DNA of 64,000 nucleotides. Source: Bacteroidales bacterium (GTDB lineage: Bacteria > Bacteroidota > Bacteroidia > Bacteroidales > WCHB1-69). Positions within the stretch are counted from its first letter, which is position 1. Each line of letters opens with the position of its first letter. The position numbers and the translations under genes were made by a program. Shown piece after piece: positions 46,364-55,338 of this stretch. The stretch is from assembly GCA_045130275.1 (NCBI GenBank), contig JBGUPL010000014.1, positions 15,743 through 79,742 on the forward strand. The letters run 5' to 3'. Below the pieces are notes generated by a model that had not been told where the DNA came from, did not search any database, and saw only the letters and a list, made by a program, of their open reading frames with translations.

Positions 46364-46861
46364 TTAGTTACCTTTCGGACACTTGTCACCTTCTTTCTTG
46401 CATCCATGTCCTTCTCCTTTGGGGCATCCAGGCTTGTCACCTTTGCAGCAAGGTTTGCCTTCGCCTTTTTTGCATCCACCGCAGCAGCCCATTTCGTCGA
46501 AAGCGGCTTTGCGGTCATCGAGAGAAAGTTTGTCCCAGTTGAGCATAGCGGCCTCGAATTTGGCTTTTTTCTCTTCCTGGGCCTTTTTCATGGCCTGCAT
46601 TTCATCGTATTTGGCTTTACGCTGGTCGAGCAACTCAGCCTTGCGCTCGTCGGTGATGTTTTCCCAGTTCTGCCAATCCTCGGCAGCTTTCTTGCAGGCT
46701 TCCATCTCGGCCTTCTGCTCCTCGGTCATCTCCTTGCAGCAGGGTTTGTCCTGAGCTTGCATTTCGGTGCACTCAGCCGCTTTTTCGGCGGGCTTGTTGT
46801 TGTTGCAGGCGATGAAAGTCATGCAGCATAAGGCTGCCATCATGATAAAAAGTTTCTTCAT
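46364..46861 (-). CDS. Cysteine-rich lipoprotein with metallothionein-like C-terminal tail
   Basis: Lipobox MTFIAC. Lys/Glu-rich helical middle. The tail GCCGGCKKGEGKPCCKGDKPGCPKGEGHGCKKEGDKCPKGN has 9 Cys in ~40 aa. It ends 6 nt before the purN start. Confidence 0.6.
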   Translation of the reverse strand: MKKLFIMMAALCCMTFIACNNNKPAEKAAECTEMQAQDKPCCKEMTEEQKAEMEACKKAAEDWQNWENITDERKAELLDQRKAKYDEMQAMKKAQEEKKAKFEAAMLNWDKLSLDDRKAAFDEMGCCGGCKKGEGKPCCKGDKPGCPKGEGHGCKKEGDKCPKGN

Positions 46862-47001
46862 TTTTTTTCGATTTTGATTTGATAAAGATGATTAGTTATT
46901 CGGTGCGAAAGTACATTTTTTTCAATCATCGGTTTGTTTAAAAATCTTAAAATTTCATTGCGCAATCCAGCCCTGGTGACGGAGTCGCTGTTTCAGAGCT
47001 G

Positions 47002-47862
47002 TTAACGAAATTTCCGGTGATTGAGGAAACGGTTCTCTTTCTCAATTTCCAACATTCGTGCCCGAGTCTTCTCCGAGAAGAACGCATCGGATAATTTTTC
47101 CTCCAAATAACTGATAGCCATATCGTTAGGGTGGCATAAATCTTTGGAGTAAAAACGATAGTCGCGCAAATCGTCCATCAGGTATTCGTATGCGGGAAAA
47201 TAATAGGAAAACTCGTTGTCCACCAATTTTTCAATAGCCAGAAGGAGCACGGATTTGCTCAAGGAGTTCTCATGCGCCCCGTCTCCTAAGTGGCGGACGG
47301 GACTGACTGTGAAGATAACTTTCATTTCGGGGCACGATTCTTTCAAAAGTTCAAGGGTGCTGCTCCATTGATTGACTATTTTCTTGATGTCCAGCCGAAT
47401 TCTATCAAATTGGTGGTTCGGGATTTTATGGCAGTTGGATACGATCAGATCCCGTGGGATGAACTTGTAGCAAAAAGCCGTTCCGAAGGTGATGAACAGA
47501 TAACGAGTCGCCAGTAAGTGATTTGAGCTCGTTTCCAAAGATTCGTCGATGTTGGATTCGAATTCCTCGTAATTTTCTTTTGAAAAGCGGCCGTGATGGG
47601 CGAAACTGACCCAAAGGTCGCGGTATTTGTAAAAATAACGATTCTTGTCGAAAAGGTCGGGTTGAAGCATGAATCGCAATGCCCGATCTATGGAGATTGG
47701 GTTGAAAAGCACTCCAAAAGGGTTTGAACACACATTGAAACGGTGTGTGTCGAAGTAATGCCCCATGTTGTCGGAAAAACAGGAGCCTACTAACATTACA
47801 GGGTCGGTTTCTTCGATCTGGAATGGGTATTCTGGGGTTGGAATTATGGTTCTGAACTGCAT
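47002..47862 (-). CDS. GSCFA-domain protein (SGNH-like hydrolase family)
   Basis: N-terminal MLVGSCFSDNMG corresponds to the GSCFA signature that names the family. Size and position are typical. Confidence 0.75.
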   Translation of the reverse strand: MQFRTIIPTPEYPFQIEETDPVMLVGSCFSDNMGHYFDTHRFNVCSNPFGVLFNPISIDRALRFMLQPDLFDKNRYFYKYRDLWVSFAHHGRFSKENYEEFESNIDESLETSSNHLLATRYLFITFGTAFCYKFIPRDLIVSNCHKIPNHQFDRIRLDIKKIVNQWSSTLELLKESCPEMKVIFTVSPVRHLGDGAHENSLSKSVLLLAIEKLVDNEFSYYFPAYEYLMDDLRDYRFYSKDLCHPNDMAISYLEEKLSDAFFSEKTRARMLEIEKENRFLNHRKFR

Positions 47863-47868
47863 ATATTC

Positions 47869-50244
47869 TTATTTAGGTATCAATAATTTTGCGAATTTGA
47901 GGACAAGGGTTTTGCTGCCGACGGTATCGAAAAGGACAATGGCACGCGTGTCAGGGCCCTCTCCGGATACGGAATCCACAATGCCGAATCCGAATTTGGT
48001 GTGGTAAACCCGGATGCCCGGCCGTATGGCTTCGGGCGAAGCAGGAGTCCCGATCTGTTCAAGTTGTACGTCACTTTTTGTTTTCATCATAGGTTGGGAT
48101 GGACTTGAAGCCGTTTTTTTGATTTCTCGGTTGTAACTACTTGAAGATGAACTTGATCCAGAGTTAAAACGGAATAATCCCTTTGGCGATGAAGAGGAAC
48201 GCAAGCCGAAACTTCCGAACCCTTCTGAAGCCTTTTGGGTCACTTTCAAAAAACGGGTGGGAATCTCTTCCACAAAGCGGCTGTCTTCGCAGGGCCGGCG
48301 CTGCCCGTACTGCAGACGAGACATCGCCATGGTGAGAAACACCTCTTTCCTTGCCCGTGTGAGCGCCACGTAGAACAACCGTCGCTCCTCTTCCATATCA
48401 TGGCGCGAATCCAAACTTAAGGATGACGGGAAGAGGTTCTCCTCCATGCCGGAGACAAATACGTAGTCGAACTCCAGACCTTTGGCCGAATGGATGGTCA
48501 TCAGGCGAACGACATTGTCTTCCGTGCCGTCTTCTTTTTTGTTCAAGTCTTTGTCGTCTAACAAGGAAACGGATTGCATGTATTGGTCCAAAGATGGGAA
48601 GTAAGTTTCCAGCATCTCTCCGGTCTCCTCGTTGAGGATATTGTCGGGCTCCCGTTCGGTAAAGCTCTTCATGGCGTTGAGCAACTCGTTGACGTTTTCC
48701 ACTCGCTCTTTTTCTTCGATGTTCTCCTGCAGTGCTTGAGCGACCCCGGATTTGCTGACGATCTGCATACCGATTTCGTGGGCGTCCAATTTCGTCAACT
48801 GTGCGGAAAAGCCCTTGATCAGGGCGGCGAAATCCCGCAGTTTGGCCATGATGCCGCTGTTGAGCCCTGTGTTGTACTGTTCGGTTTTTTCCACAACATC
48901 CCACATGGGAACACGGGCTTCTTGGGCAGTCGCCGCGATGCGGGCCACGGTGGTGTCCCCGATGCCACGCATAGGGAAGTTGATGACCCGGCGCAGCGAT
49001 TCCTCGTCATAGTGGTTGATGACCAGCCGGAAATATGCCAACAAAGTCTTGATTTCCTTCCGGTTGTAGAAGGATATGCTGCCGAATATCTTATAGGGGA
49101 TGTGGCGTTTCACCATTGCCTCCTCCAATGCGCGGGATTGCGTGTTGGTGCGGTAGAGTATGGCAAACTGGCGGTTCTCGACATGATCCCTCATTTGTAT
49201 CTCGAAGATTTTGTTGGCGATTTCCTGCGCCTCGTCGAATTCGGAAGAAGCCCGTATCACCTCGATCTTTGACCCTTCCGAGTTCTCCGTCCAAACCTCT
49301 TTCGGCATCCTGTCCTTGTTGTGTTTGATCACGGCGTTGGCCGCGTTGACGATGTTTTGGGTGGATCGGTAGTTCTGCTCAAGTTTGAAGATACGGGTGC
49401 CGGGGTAGTCACGTTTGAAATTGAGGATGTTTTGTATGTCTGCCCCCCTAAATCCATAGATGCTTTGCGCATCGTCGCCCACCACGCAAATGTTTTGGTT
49501 CAACGCGGATAATCTTTTGATAATCAGATATTGGGCGTAGTTGGTGTCTTGGTACTCGTCGATGAGGATGTAATTGTATCGGTTTTGGTACTTGTACAGG
49601 GCTTCCGGCGAATCACGAAGAAGGACGTTCATGAAATAGAGAAGGTCGTCGAAGTCCATGGCATTGGCATTGTGCAGCCGGTTGTTGTATTTCGCGAAGA
49701 TCTCCGCGATCATGGGCTTGTTGGACATCCTGTCGGCCGCCGCTATGTCCGGGTTCTCCGCGTACTCTTGTGCCGACAGCAGGCTGGATTTGGCCATGGA
49801 AATACGGCTCAGTACAAATCCGGGGGTGTACTGCTTGGGATCGAGCCCCATCTCTTTGATGATGCTTTTGATCAGGGATTTCGAGTCATCCGTGTCATAT
49901 ATGGTGATGTTGTTGCTGAACCCGATTTTTTCGGCTTCGGCACGAAGGATGCGGTAGAAAACGGAGTGGAATGTCCCCATGGTGACCGCTTTGGCCAATT
50001 CGCCGCCAACCAGCTGGATGATACGGTCGCGCATTTCCGCCGCGGCCTTGTTGGTGAATGTCAAGGCCAAAATCCGGTACGGGCTGATGTTCCTCACGGC
50101 CAGCATATACGCAATGCGGTAAGTCAGCACACGCGTTTTTCCCGATCCTGCACCTGCCAAAACCATAACCGGACCATCCGTTTGCGTCACGGCAACCCTC
50201 TGCTGTTCGTTTAGTTCTGATAAGATTCTCTCTTCTGCGTTCAT
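47869..50244 (-). CDS. ATP-dependent DNA helicase, UvrD/PcrA/Rep family
   Basis: Walker A AGAGSGKTRVLTYR, DEYQDTN (motif II), TIHSAKGLEFDYVF, VALTRAR motifs. C-terminal UvrD_C_2-like tail. Confidence 0.9.
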   Translation of the reverse strand: MNAEERILSELNEQQRVAVTQTDGPVMVLAGAGSGKTRVLTYRIAYMLAVRNISPYRILALTFTNKAAAEMRDRIIQLVGGELAKAVTMGTFHSVFYRILRAEAEKIGFSNNITIYDTDDSKSLIKSIIKEMGLDPKQYTPGFVLSRISMAKSSLLSAQEYAENPDIAAADRMSNKPMIAEIFAKYNNRLHNANAMDFDDLLYFMNVLLRDSPEALYKYQNRYNYILIDEYQDTNYAQYLIIKRLSALNQNICVVGDDAQSIYGFRGADIQNILNFKRDYPGTRIFKLEQNYRSTQNIVNAANAVIKHNKDRMPKEVWTENSEGSKIEVIRASSEFDEAQEIANKIFEIQMRDHVENRQFAILYRTNTQSRALEEAMVKRHIPYKIFGSISFYNRKEIKTLLAYFRLVINHYDEESLRRVINFPMRGIGDTTVARIAATAQEARVPMWDVVEKTEQYNTGLNSGIMAKLRDFAALIKGFSAQLTKLDAHEIGMQIVSKSGVAQALQENIEEKERVENVNELLNAMKSFTEREPDNILNEETGEMLETYFPSLDQYMQSVSLLDDKDLNKKEDGTEDNVVRLMTIHSAKGLEFDYVFVSGMEENLFPSSLSLDSRHDMEEERRLFYVALTRARKEVFLTMAMSRLQYGQRRPCEDSRFVEEIPTRFLKVTQKASEGFGSFGLRSSSSPKGLFRFNSGSSSSSSSYNREIKKTASSPSQPMMKTKSDVQLEQIGTPASPEAIRPGIRVYHTKFGFGIVDSVSGEGPDTRAIVLFDTVGSKTLVLKFAKLLIPK

Positions 50245-50314
50245 TTTGTTTTGATAAGTCGGTTGATTATATAATTTAGATTAAATTGTTAAAATATTCC
50301 TATAAAAAAATTAT

Positions 50315-50332
50315 TTCAAAATTAATTTTGAA
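50315..50332. promoter_or_regulatory. Perfect 18-bp palindrome TTCAAAATTAATTTTGAA carrying TAATTTTG on both strands (candidate divergent promoter core)
   Basis: The sequence is its own reverse complement. The minus-strand copy lies ~73 nt upstream of the helicase ATG (50244). Confidence 0.4.
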
Positions 50333-50345
50333 AAGAAATATTTTG

Positions 50346-50353
50346 TATCTTTG
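50346..50353 (+). promoter_or_regulatory. Orphan -7 box TATCTTTG with no downstream ORF
   Basis: Matches TAnnTTTG. The next plus-strand coding gene is more than 1 kb away; the box is followed by the structured 50360-50472 region. Confidence 0.4.
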
Positions 50354-50359
50354 CCTCGT

Positions 50360-50472
50360 CGAAAGCAATGACAAAGGGCTGCCGGTAAGTCCCACCTATT
50401 TTACACATTATTATTAAATCCCACCTGTTATTTGGCAATTACTCAAAAAATCCGGCGGCCCTTTTCTATTTT
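50360..50472 (+). ncRNA. Candidate small RNA (unclassified)
   Basis: It sits downstream of the orphan TATCTTTG box. An 11-bp long-range stem AGGGCTGCCGG (50375-50385) / CCGGCGGCCCT (50452-50462, one G-U) is followed by TTTTCTATTTT. Two TCCCACCT motifs lie in the enclosed AT-rich loop (50390-50397, 50419-50426). There is no ORF. Confidence 0.25.
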
Positions 50473-51023
50473 GAAAGCTGGTGGATCACGGTTTCCACTT
50501 GGCGATAGAGGTCTTCGAAATCGCCGTTGTTGAGGAAAACATGGTCAGCCATTTGCATGCATCGACTGAGGTTCTGATGGTTGGGGTCGTCGGAGGACAT
50601 TTCGCGCGCTTCGTTTTCGATGAAGGTTTCGTAGCTTATGTGATCGGTTTCGGATCCGCGCCCCACGATGCGTTCATAGCGGATTTTAGGGTCGGCGTCA
50701 ACGGCGAAGAGCAGAAAATCCTCGTGTTGGCGAAGCGATTCAACCTCCCCTGGGGTGCGCACGCTTTCGATGATGGCGTTTTCCCCGTTTTCGGCGGCCT
50801 GCAGATAGAGCTGGTCGGTGATGTATGACGGGGAATGGTTGGCACGCAAATCGTTGGCCACCACCACAAAGGTGTCGCGGTTCAGTTCCATGCCTCGGCG
50901 AAGGGCCTCTTCGATGAGGTACCCCCGAACGGAGTAGTGCTTGTACCCGTAATGTTCTATCAGATAATCAACGATGGTGCCTTTGCCGGCCCCCAAAGTT
51001 CCTGTTATGCCTATGATCTTCAT
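50466..51023 (-). CDS. P-loop nucleoside/nucleotide kinase-like protein (dephospho-CoA kinase / dNMP kinase-like)
   Basis: MKIIGITGTLGAGKGT Walker A at the extreme N-terminus and ~185 aa length. No more specific motif was recognised. Confidence 0.55.
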   Translation of the reverse strand: MKIIGITGTLGAGKGTIVDYLIEHYGYKHYSVRGYLIEEALRRGMELNRDTFVVVANDLRANHSPSYITDQLYLQAAENGENAIIESVRTPGEVESLRQHEDFLLFAVDADPKIRYERIVGRGSETDHISYETFIENEAREMSSDDPNHQNLSRCMQMADHVFLNNGDFEDLYRQVETVIHQLSK

Positions 51024-51128
51024 ATCGCAAGTTGTTCAATCGTCAAATAAAAATACATCTCAATTATACTGAAAAATAATTGAGCATTAGAAGGTTCGTG
51101 CGAGGAAATCCTCGCTTTCTTGAATCTG

Positions 51129-51136
51129 CAAAGATA
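51129..51136 (-). promoter_or_regulatory. -7 box TATCTTTG (minus strand) upstream of the P-loop kinase-like gene
   Basis: The plus strand reads caaagata. It lies ~105 nt upstream of the ATG at 51023, implying a structured leader (hairpins gcgagg-attt-cctcgc and ctcaattat...ataattgag). Confidence 0.4.
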
Positions 51137-51423
51137 CAAAATCATCGGGAAAATCCACCATGGGTCTGTTTTTTTGGAAATCCTTCTTTCTCAGCTGTTC
51201 CTGCGTGGTTTAATGGGTTTACCGCGGTAGAATCGCGAGACTCTTGGATGTTTTTCACAAAAAGGACTTGCTCGGCTCCTTATATTGATGATATTTTATT
51301 GAAAATCAGCTATTTATAATGCTATTTTCTTGTAATTAGTTGTAGGACAGGGCGTCTGGATTACAATTAATTGTCGTTTGAACAATATTTTTGAATGTGT
51401 GACGTTTGTATTCAAAAAAAGCG

Positions 51424-51431
51424 TATTTTTG
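51424..51431 (+). promoter_or_regulatory. -7 box TATTTTTG upstream of tonB
   Basis: Matches TAnnTTTG, 45 nt upstream of ATG 51476. Confidence 0.45.
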
Positions 51432-51475
51432 CTGACCGAATTAAAATGTGTTTATAACGTTAAAAACAAATCAAT

Positions 51476-52165
51476 ATGATTGCAAAGAAAACAGACAAAG
51501 GAAACTTGGAAAACAAGCGGGGCTTGTTTCTTCTTGTCGGATTTGCTGTGGTTTTAGGTCTTGTTTACGCCGGTTTCGAACTTTTTGCCAGCGAGGATAA
51601 GGCGCCCGCATTTGAGATGTTGGATGACGATTTCGTCACTGTTGTGGACGATGACGTGATCGCTACCGACCAAACCCCTCCCCCTCCGCAAGAGCAGCCT
51701 CAGCAAACCCAAGAAGTTGTGCTGAACATCGTGGAAAACAATATCAAAGTCAATACCGACCTTACTTTTGACGTCGAGTTCAATGAGGATGAGGCAATTG
51801 TTGATTTTGGCGACGAGGAAGTTGATATTGTGGACGAGGAGACTTCAGAAGAACCTCCCGTGCAATGGTCTGAGGAGATGCCTGAGTTCCCGGGCGGTCC
51901 GGAAGCTCTGCAAGCTTTCCTGAAACGCGAAATCCAGTATCCCGAGATGGCCAGAAACAACGGTATCACCGGTACTGTTCTGGTTGAGTTCGTGGTTGAA
52001 AAGGACGGCCGCGTCAGCAATGCGAAAGTTAAAGTCCCCTTGTTCCCTGATTGCGACAAGGAGGCCGTGCGCGGTGTCATGGCAATGCCGAAATGGAAAC
52101 CCGGAAAGAACATGGGCAAACCCGTCCGCTGCTTCTTCCAGGTCCCCGTCACCTTTACCATGTAA
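51476..52165 (+). CDS. tonB: Energy transducer TonB
   Basis: N-terminal TM anchor and Pro/Glu/Gln-rich spacer (TPPPPQEQPQQTQE). C-terminal TonB domain PEFPGGPEALQAFLKREIQYPEMARNNGITGTVLVEFVVEKDGRV. Confidence 0.8.
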   Translation: MIAKKTDKGNLENKRGLFLLVGFAVVLGLVYAGFELFASEDKAPAFEMLDDDFVTVVDDDVIATDQTPPPPQEQPQQTQEVVLNIVENNIKVNTDLTFDVEFNEDEAIVDFGDEEVDIVDEETSEEPPVQWSEEMPEFPGGPEALQAFLKREIQYPEMARNNGITGTVLVEFVVEKDGRVSNAKVKVPLFPDCDKEAVRGVMAMPKWKPGKNMGKPVRCFFQVPVTFTM

Positions 52166-52185
52166 TGTTGTTATTACGCTAACGA

Positions 52186-52226
52186 AAAAGAGGGAAGTCC
52201 ATTCGGATTTCCCTCTTTTCGTTTTT
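52186..52226. terminator. Bidirectional terminator between tonB and the convergent hypothetical gene
   Basis: Stem AAAAGAGGGAA / TTCCCTCTTTT, flanked by an A-run and a T-run. Confidence 0.7.
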
Positions 52227-52245
52227 GTGTGCGGCAGACAAGCTG

Positions 52246-52641
52246 TCAATATTTCCGTTTCAGAATCTCCGACCAAACAACCCCCTTGAATACTTCCTCT
52301 TCGTCCAAGGAGAGGCTGAGGTGAGGCTGCTCGGTCTTTTGTGCTGTAGTTGCCGCAGTCTCCGTGGCGGCGTTTTGGACGAAAGCCTGCTCGAAGTCGC
52401 GTTCGCTCATTGTTTCGTATGAGAAATATTCATTGTCCGTTGTCGTTTCAGCTTGCGGCATCACCCGTTTTTTTTTCGTTTTAGGCTGTACGGTCTCCCC
52501 CTCATCGGGCTCGATCGTAATCGGCCGCGCCATGCCCTTTTTCGTCTGCCGTTGCGGCTCATCCTTTTTCATGTTTTTCACAAATGACACGGCAACCGTG
52601 CCTGCGATGAGCAAAATGTATAATAACGTGTCAAAGTCCAT
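52246..52641 (-). CDS. Hypothetical membrane-anchored protein
   Basis: Single N-terminal TM helix (LLYILLIAGTVAVSF) followed by a charged, low-complexity region. It starts 5 nt after the yihY-like stop. Confidence 0.4.
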   Translation of the reverse strand: MDFDTLLYILLIAGTVAVSFVKNMKKDEPQRQTKKGMARPITIEPDEGETVQPKTKKKRVMPQAETTTDNEYFSYETMSERDFEQAFVQNAATETAATTAQKTEQPHLSLSLDEEEVFKGVVWSEILKRKY

Positions 52642-52646
52642 ATTGA

Positions 52647-53663
52647 TTACTTTTTATGATCCTTATTGGTCTGTAAATCTTTGTTTCCCTTTTCAATCTG
52701 GTCACTGAGTTTGTTGTTCTCGCTTTTGGCTTTAGCAATGCTGACGTTGAGGTCGTAGCAAATAAGGAATGCGGCAGCACTCCAGTTGATCCACAGCAGA
52801 ATGGCGAAAATAGCTCCCAATGAGCCATATATGAGGTTGTAGTTGTCAAAATTGGAGAAGTAGAGGTTCAGAATCCACATAAGCACCACCAGTAGGATGG
52901 TGCAGGTAGAGGACCCGGCGGAAAAGAAACGGTAGTCACCCCGCTTGACAGGGGCGAAGTAGTAGAAAATGCTGATCAAGAAATAAACAGCCGCGTACAC
53001 TAACAGCCATTTCAGGAAATGGACAGCGAAAGAGTAGAGCTGCGGGTTGTTGACAAAATGGGTGTGGACGTACCGCACCGCCAATGACGACAAGATGAAA
53101 AACGCTGCAACAGCCACAATGATAAGGAATGTCAAGAACATCAAGCCGGCACTTAACGCGATTTGGTTCAAAATGTTACGTTTCTCCTCTGTGTAGTATG
53201 AGGAAGTCATGGCCACGAGGATGCCGTTTATGCAGACAATGGTGAAATAAATACCGATAACCAGCATGAATGACGACAAAGTCCCGTTTTGGCGCATCAC
53301 GACATCCGTGATCATTCCTTCGACTGCCGGCCAAACGTAAGGCGGTACGATCGATTCCAATAACGAGATGATAGTGGTTTGGAAGGTCTCCCCGAAAAAG
53401 GCGATGGCAGAAAACAGAGCGATGATCATCGGGATGATGGCCACGAACACTCGGTAGGTGATGGCGGCAGCCCGCTGGAATACAACTCCTTTACTCAACG
53501 ACTGACCGAAGAACCGCATCACATCGTACAAGGGTACTTTCATCAGTCCTGGAAGCGAAATCTCTTTTGATCTGGTCACAAGTTTACCCAATCCGGGTAT
53601 CCTTTCCATATCGCTGCGCCACTGTCGAAGCTTCAGAGAGATATATCGTATCAGTCGCTTCAT
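52647..53663 (-). CDS. YihY/BrkB (virulence factor BrkB / former RNase BN) family membrane protein
   Basis: RAAAITYRVFVAIIPMIIALFS motif and six TM helices typical of the YihY family. Confidence 0.8.
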   Translation of the reverse strand: MKRLIRYISLKLRQWRSDMERIPGLGKLVTRSKEISLPGLMKVPLYDVMRFFGQSLSKGVVFQRAAAITYRVFVAIIPMIIALFSAIAFFGETFQTTIISLLESIVPPYVWPAVEGMITDVVMRQNGTLSSFMLVIGIYFTIVCINGILVAMTSSYYTEEKRNILNQIALSAGLMFLTFLIIVAVAAFFILSSLAVRYVHTHFVNNPQLYSFAVHFLKWLLVYAAVYFLISIFYYFAPVKRGDYRFFSAGSSTCTILLVVLMWILNLYFSNFDNYNLIYGSLGAIFAILLWINWSAAAFLICYDLNVSIAKAKSENNKLSDQIEKGNKDLQTNKDHKK

Positions 53664-53689
53664 AAAGTATTTTGTAGAAGTAATTAGTT

Positions 53690-54538
53690 TTATACCAGTG
53701 ATTTAAGGCTCATATCCAGACTTTTGATCTGGTGGGTGAAGGCGCCGACTGAGATGAAATCGACACCCGTGACAGCGTAGTCGTGAAGCGTTTCGCGAAC
53801 GATACCGCCTGAGGCTTCGGTTTCCATACGGTGATCAACCAGTTTCACGCCTTCGCGGATCATATCCGGAGTGAAATTGTCGAACATGATTCGCTGGACG
53901 CCCCCGTGTTCGAGTACGCGTTGCACATCGTCCAAACTACGTGTCTCAATTTCGATATTTAACTGTAAATTATTGTCCTTCAGATATTTATTTGCAGCGT
54001 CAATAGCCTTCTCAATACCACCGGCAAAGTCGATGTGGTTGTCTTTCAGCATCATCATGTCATAGAGCCCGAAACGGTGATTTTGCGCGCCGCCGACCGT
54101 CACCGCATATTTTTCGAAGATTCGCATATTGGGGGTGGTCTTGCGTGTATCGAGCAGAATGACGTCGGTATCTTTCACTAAATCAACGTATTCTCGAGTT
54201 GTTGTGGCGATACCGCTCATGCGTTGCATGAAGTTGAGAAGCGTTCTTTCGGCGGTAAGCATGTTCCGTGAAGAACCGTGCAGAGTGAACGCGATATCGC
54301 CCTTGCGCACGGCAGTTCCGTCAGGAAGCAAAAGGTTCATTTGGATGTTGTCATCGACTTGACGCAGCACTTCGCGTGCCACGTCCACACCGGCCAGTAT
54401 GCCATCTTGTTTGACAAGCAGTTTCATGTCGCCTTGCGCCTCAGCCGGGATGCATGAGAGCGATGAGTGGTCGCCGTTGCCGATATCTTCTCGTAACGTC
54501 AACGCTATTAATTCTTTAACTTTGTCTGTGATAATCAT
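53690..54538 (-). CDS. nadC: Nicotinate-nucleotide pyrophosphorylase (carboxylating)
   Basis: LLDTRKTTPNMRIFEKYAVTVGGAQNHRFGLYDMMMLKDNHI is the canonical QPRTase core. SGG...ISVGA at the C-terminus. Confidence 0.9.
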   Translation of the reverse strand: MIITDKVKELIALTLREDIGNGDHSSLSCIPAEAQGDMKLLVKQDGILAGVDVAREVLRQVDDNIQMNLLLPDGTAVRKGDIAFTLHGSSRNMLTAERTLLNFMQRMSGIATTTREYVDLVKDTDVILLDTRKTTPNMRIFEKYAVTVGGAQNHRFGLYDMMMLKDNHIDFAGGIEKAIDAANKYLKDNNLQLNIEIETRSLDDVQRVLEHGGVQRIMFDNFTPDMIREGVKLVDHRMETEASGGIVRETLHDYAVTGVDFISVGAFTHQIKSLDMSLKSLV

Positions 54539-55050
54539 TTTTTTACTATTATTTCGGGGGTGGTGATGGTGTCGCTGTGGTGAAGGGCGCGGTCAACGAG
54601 CCAACAGGTAAGTCTCACCGTGTCATACGGAGAGTAAGGGTTGTTGATGTAAGTGAGAATGGTCAGTTTGCCTTCAATAGATTCGGGAACATTGTCGCTA
54701 AAGTGCGGCAATCTGGCGTGTAGTGGGGTTGGCAGATCGATTTTTGTCCACTCACCATGTTGTTTTTCATAAAAATCGATAAATAAGTTGTAATAGTAAG
54801 GGGAGTCCACGGCAAAAATGGGATTATTGTCTGTGCCATCCAATCCAATATCGCCGTCACCGTCTTGAAAATATAGGGTTAACTCTGCCTGGCTGTCGGA
54901 GCCTGCGCCGTTGTCAACCTTTTCGAGCGATAGAAATTCGATATGGGGGACGATGGAGTACTTTGTTTCATGACGGCAACAGGTTAATGCGACCGTAAGC
55001 ACGCAAATGGCAAATCCAGAAAAGCAATATTTCACCCAACGAGGCATCAT
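54535..55050 (-). CDS. Hypothetical lipoprotein
   Basis: Signal/lipobox-like VALTCC. ATGA-type 4-nt overlap with the nadC start suggests co-translation. No known motif. Confidence 0.45.
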   Translation of the reverse strand: MMPRWVKYCFSGFAICVLTVALTCCRHETKYSIVPHIEFLSLEKVDNGAGSDSQAELTLYFQDGDGDIGLDGTDNNPIFAVDSPYYYNLFIDFYEKQHGEWTKIDLPTPLHARLPHFSDNVPESIEGKLTILTYINNPYSPYDTVRLTCWLVDRALHHSDTITTPEIIVKK

Positions 55051-55224
55051 TCATAAAATTATCAGCCTGCAAAAATAATGAAATATTTGTCTTGTTCGGC
55101 ACATATCCTTTTAAAATAGTGTAAAGATGCGGTTTTCAGAGAAATAAACAGAAGTCGGTTCGGCGTGGTGAGCGAAACCGTATGGTTGTTTTCCGGCAGA
55201 GCTGGTCTTGCTCAACCCGAAACG

Positions 55225-55258
55225 AAGGTGTCGCGCAAGAGCGTTGAGGCGACACCTT
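55225..55258 (-). terminator. Hairpin downstream of the 55339..55848 lipoprotein gene
   Basis: 10-bp perfect stem AAGGTGTCGC / GCGACACCTT with a 14-nt loop. The tail is only weakly U-rich on the minus strand. Confidence 0.45.
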
Positions 55259-55338
55259 GTTCATCCGGGTCCTCAATGTGTTGTGTCCTGTTGTTCGTTA
55301 CAATTTGGATACATCCAACGGGTGGTCTGACCAAATGA

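Noticed and set aside
46310-46831. 173-aa plus-strand ORF antisense to the Cys-rich lipoprotein gene (also 46383-46754).
   Set aside because: It is a shadow of the Lys/Glu-rich minus-strand gene. The minus-strand product has a lipobox and operon context, and the plus-strand product is F/L/G low-complexity.
50360-50472. Whether the structured intergenic region is a known RNA (SRP/4.5S, tmRNA, 6S, RNase P, tRNA, riboswitch).
   Set aside because: It lacks the SRP domain-IV motifs, a tRNA cloverleaf with T-loop GTTCRA, and any riboswitch core I recognise. It is kept only as an unclassified candidate sRNA.
51080-51319. 79-aa plus-strand ORF in the kinase-tonB intergenic region.
   Set aside because: It has no promoter box or ribosome-binding context. 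It spans the minus-strand promoter and leader of the kinase-like gene, and its composition and sequence resemble no protein family.
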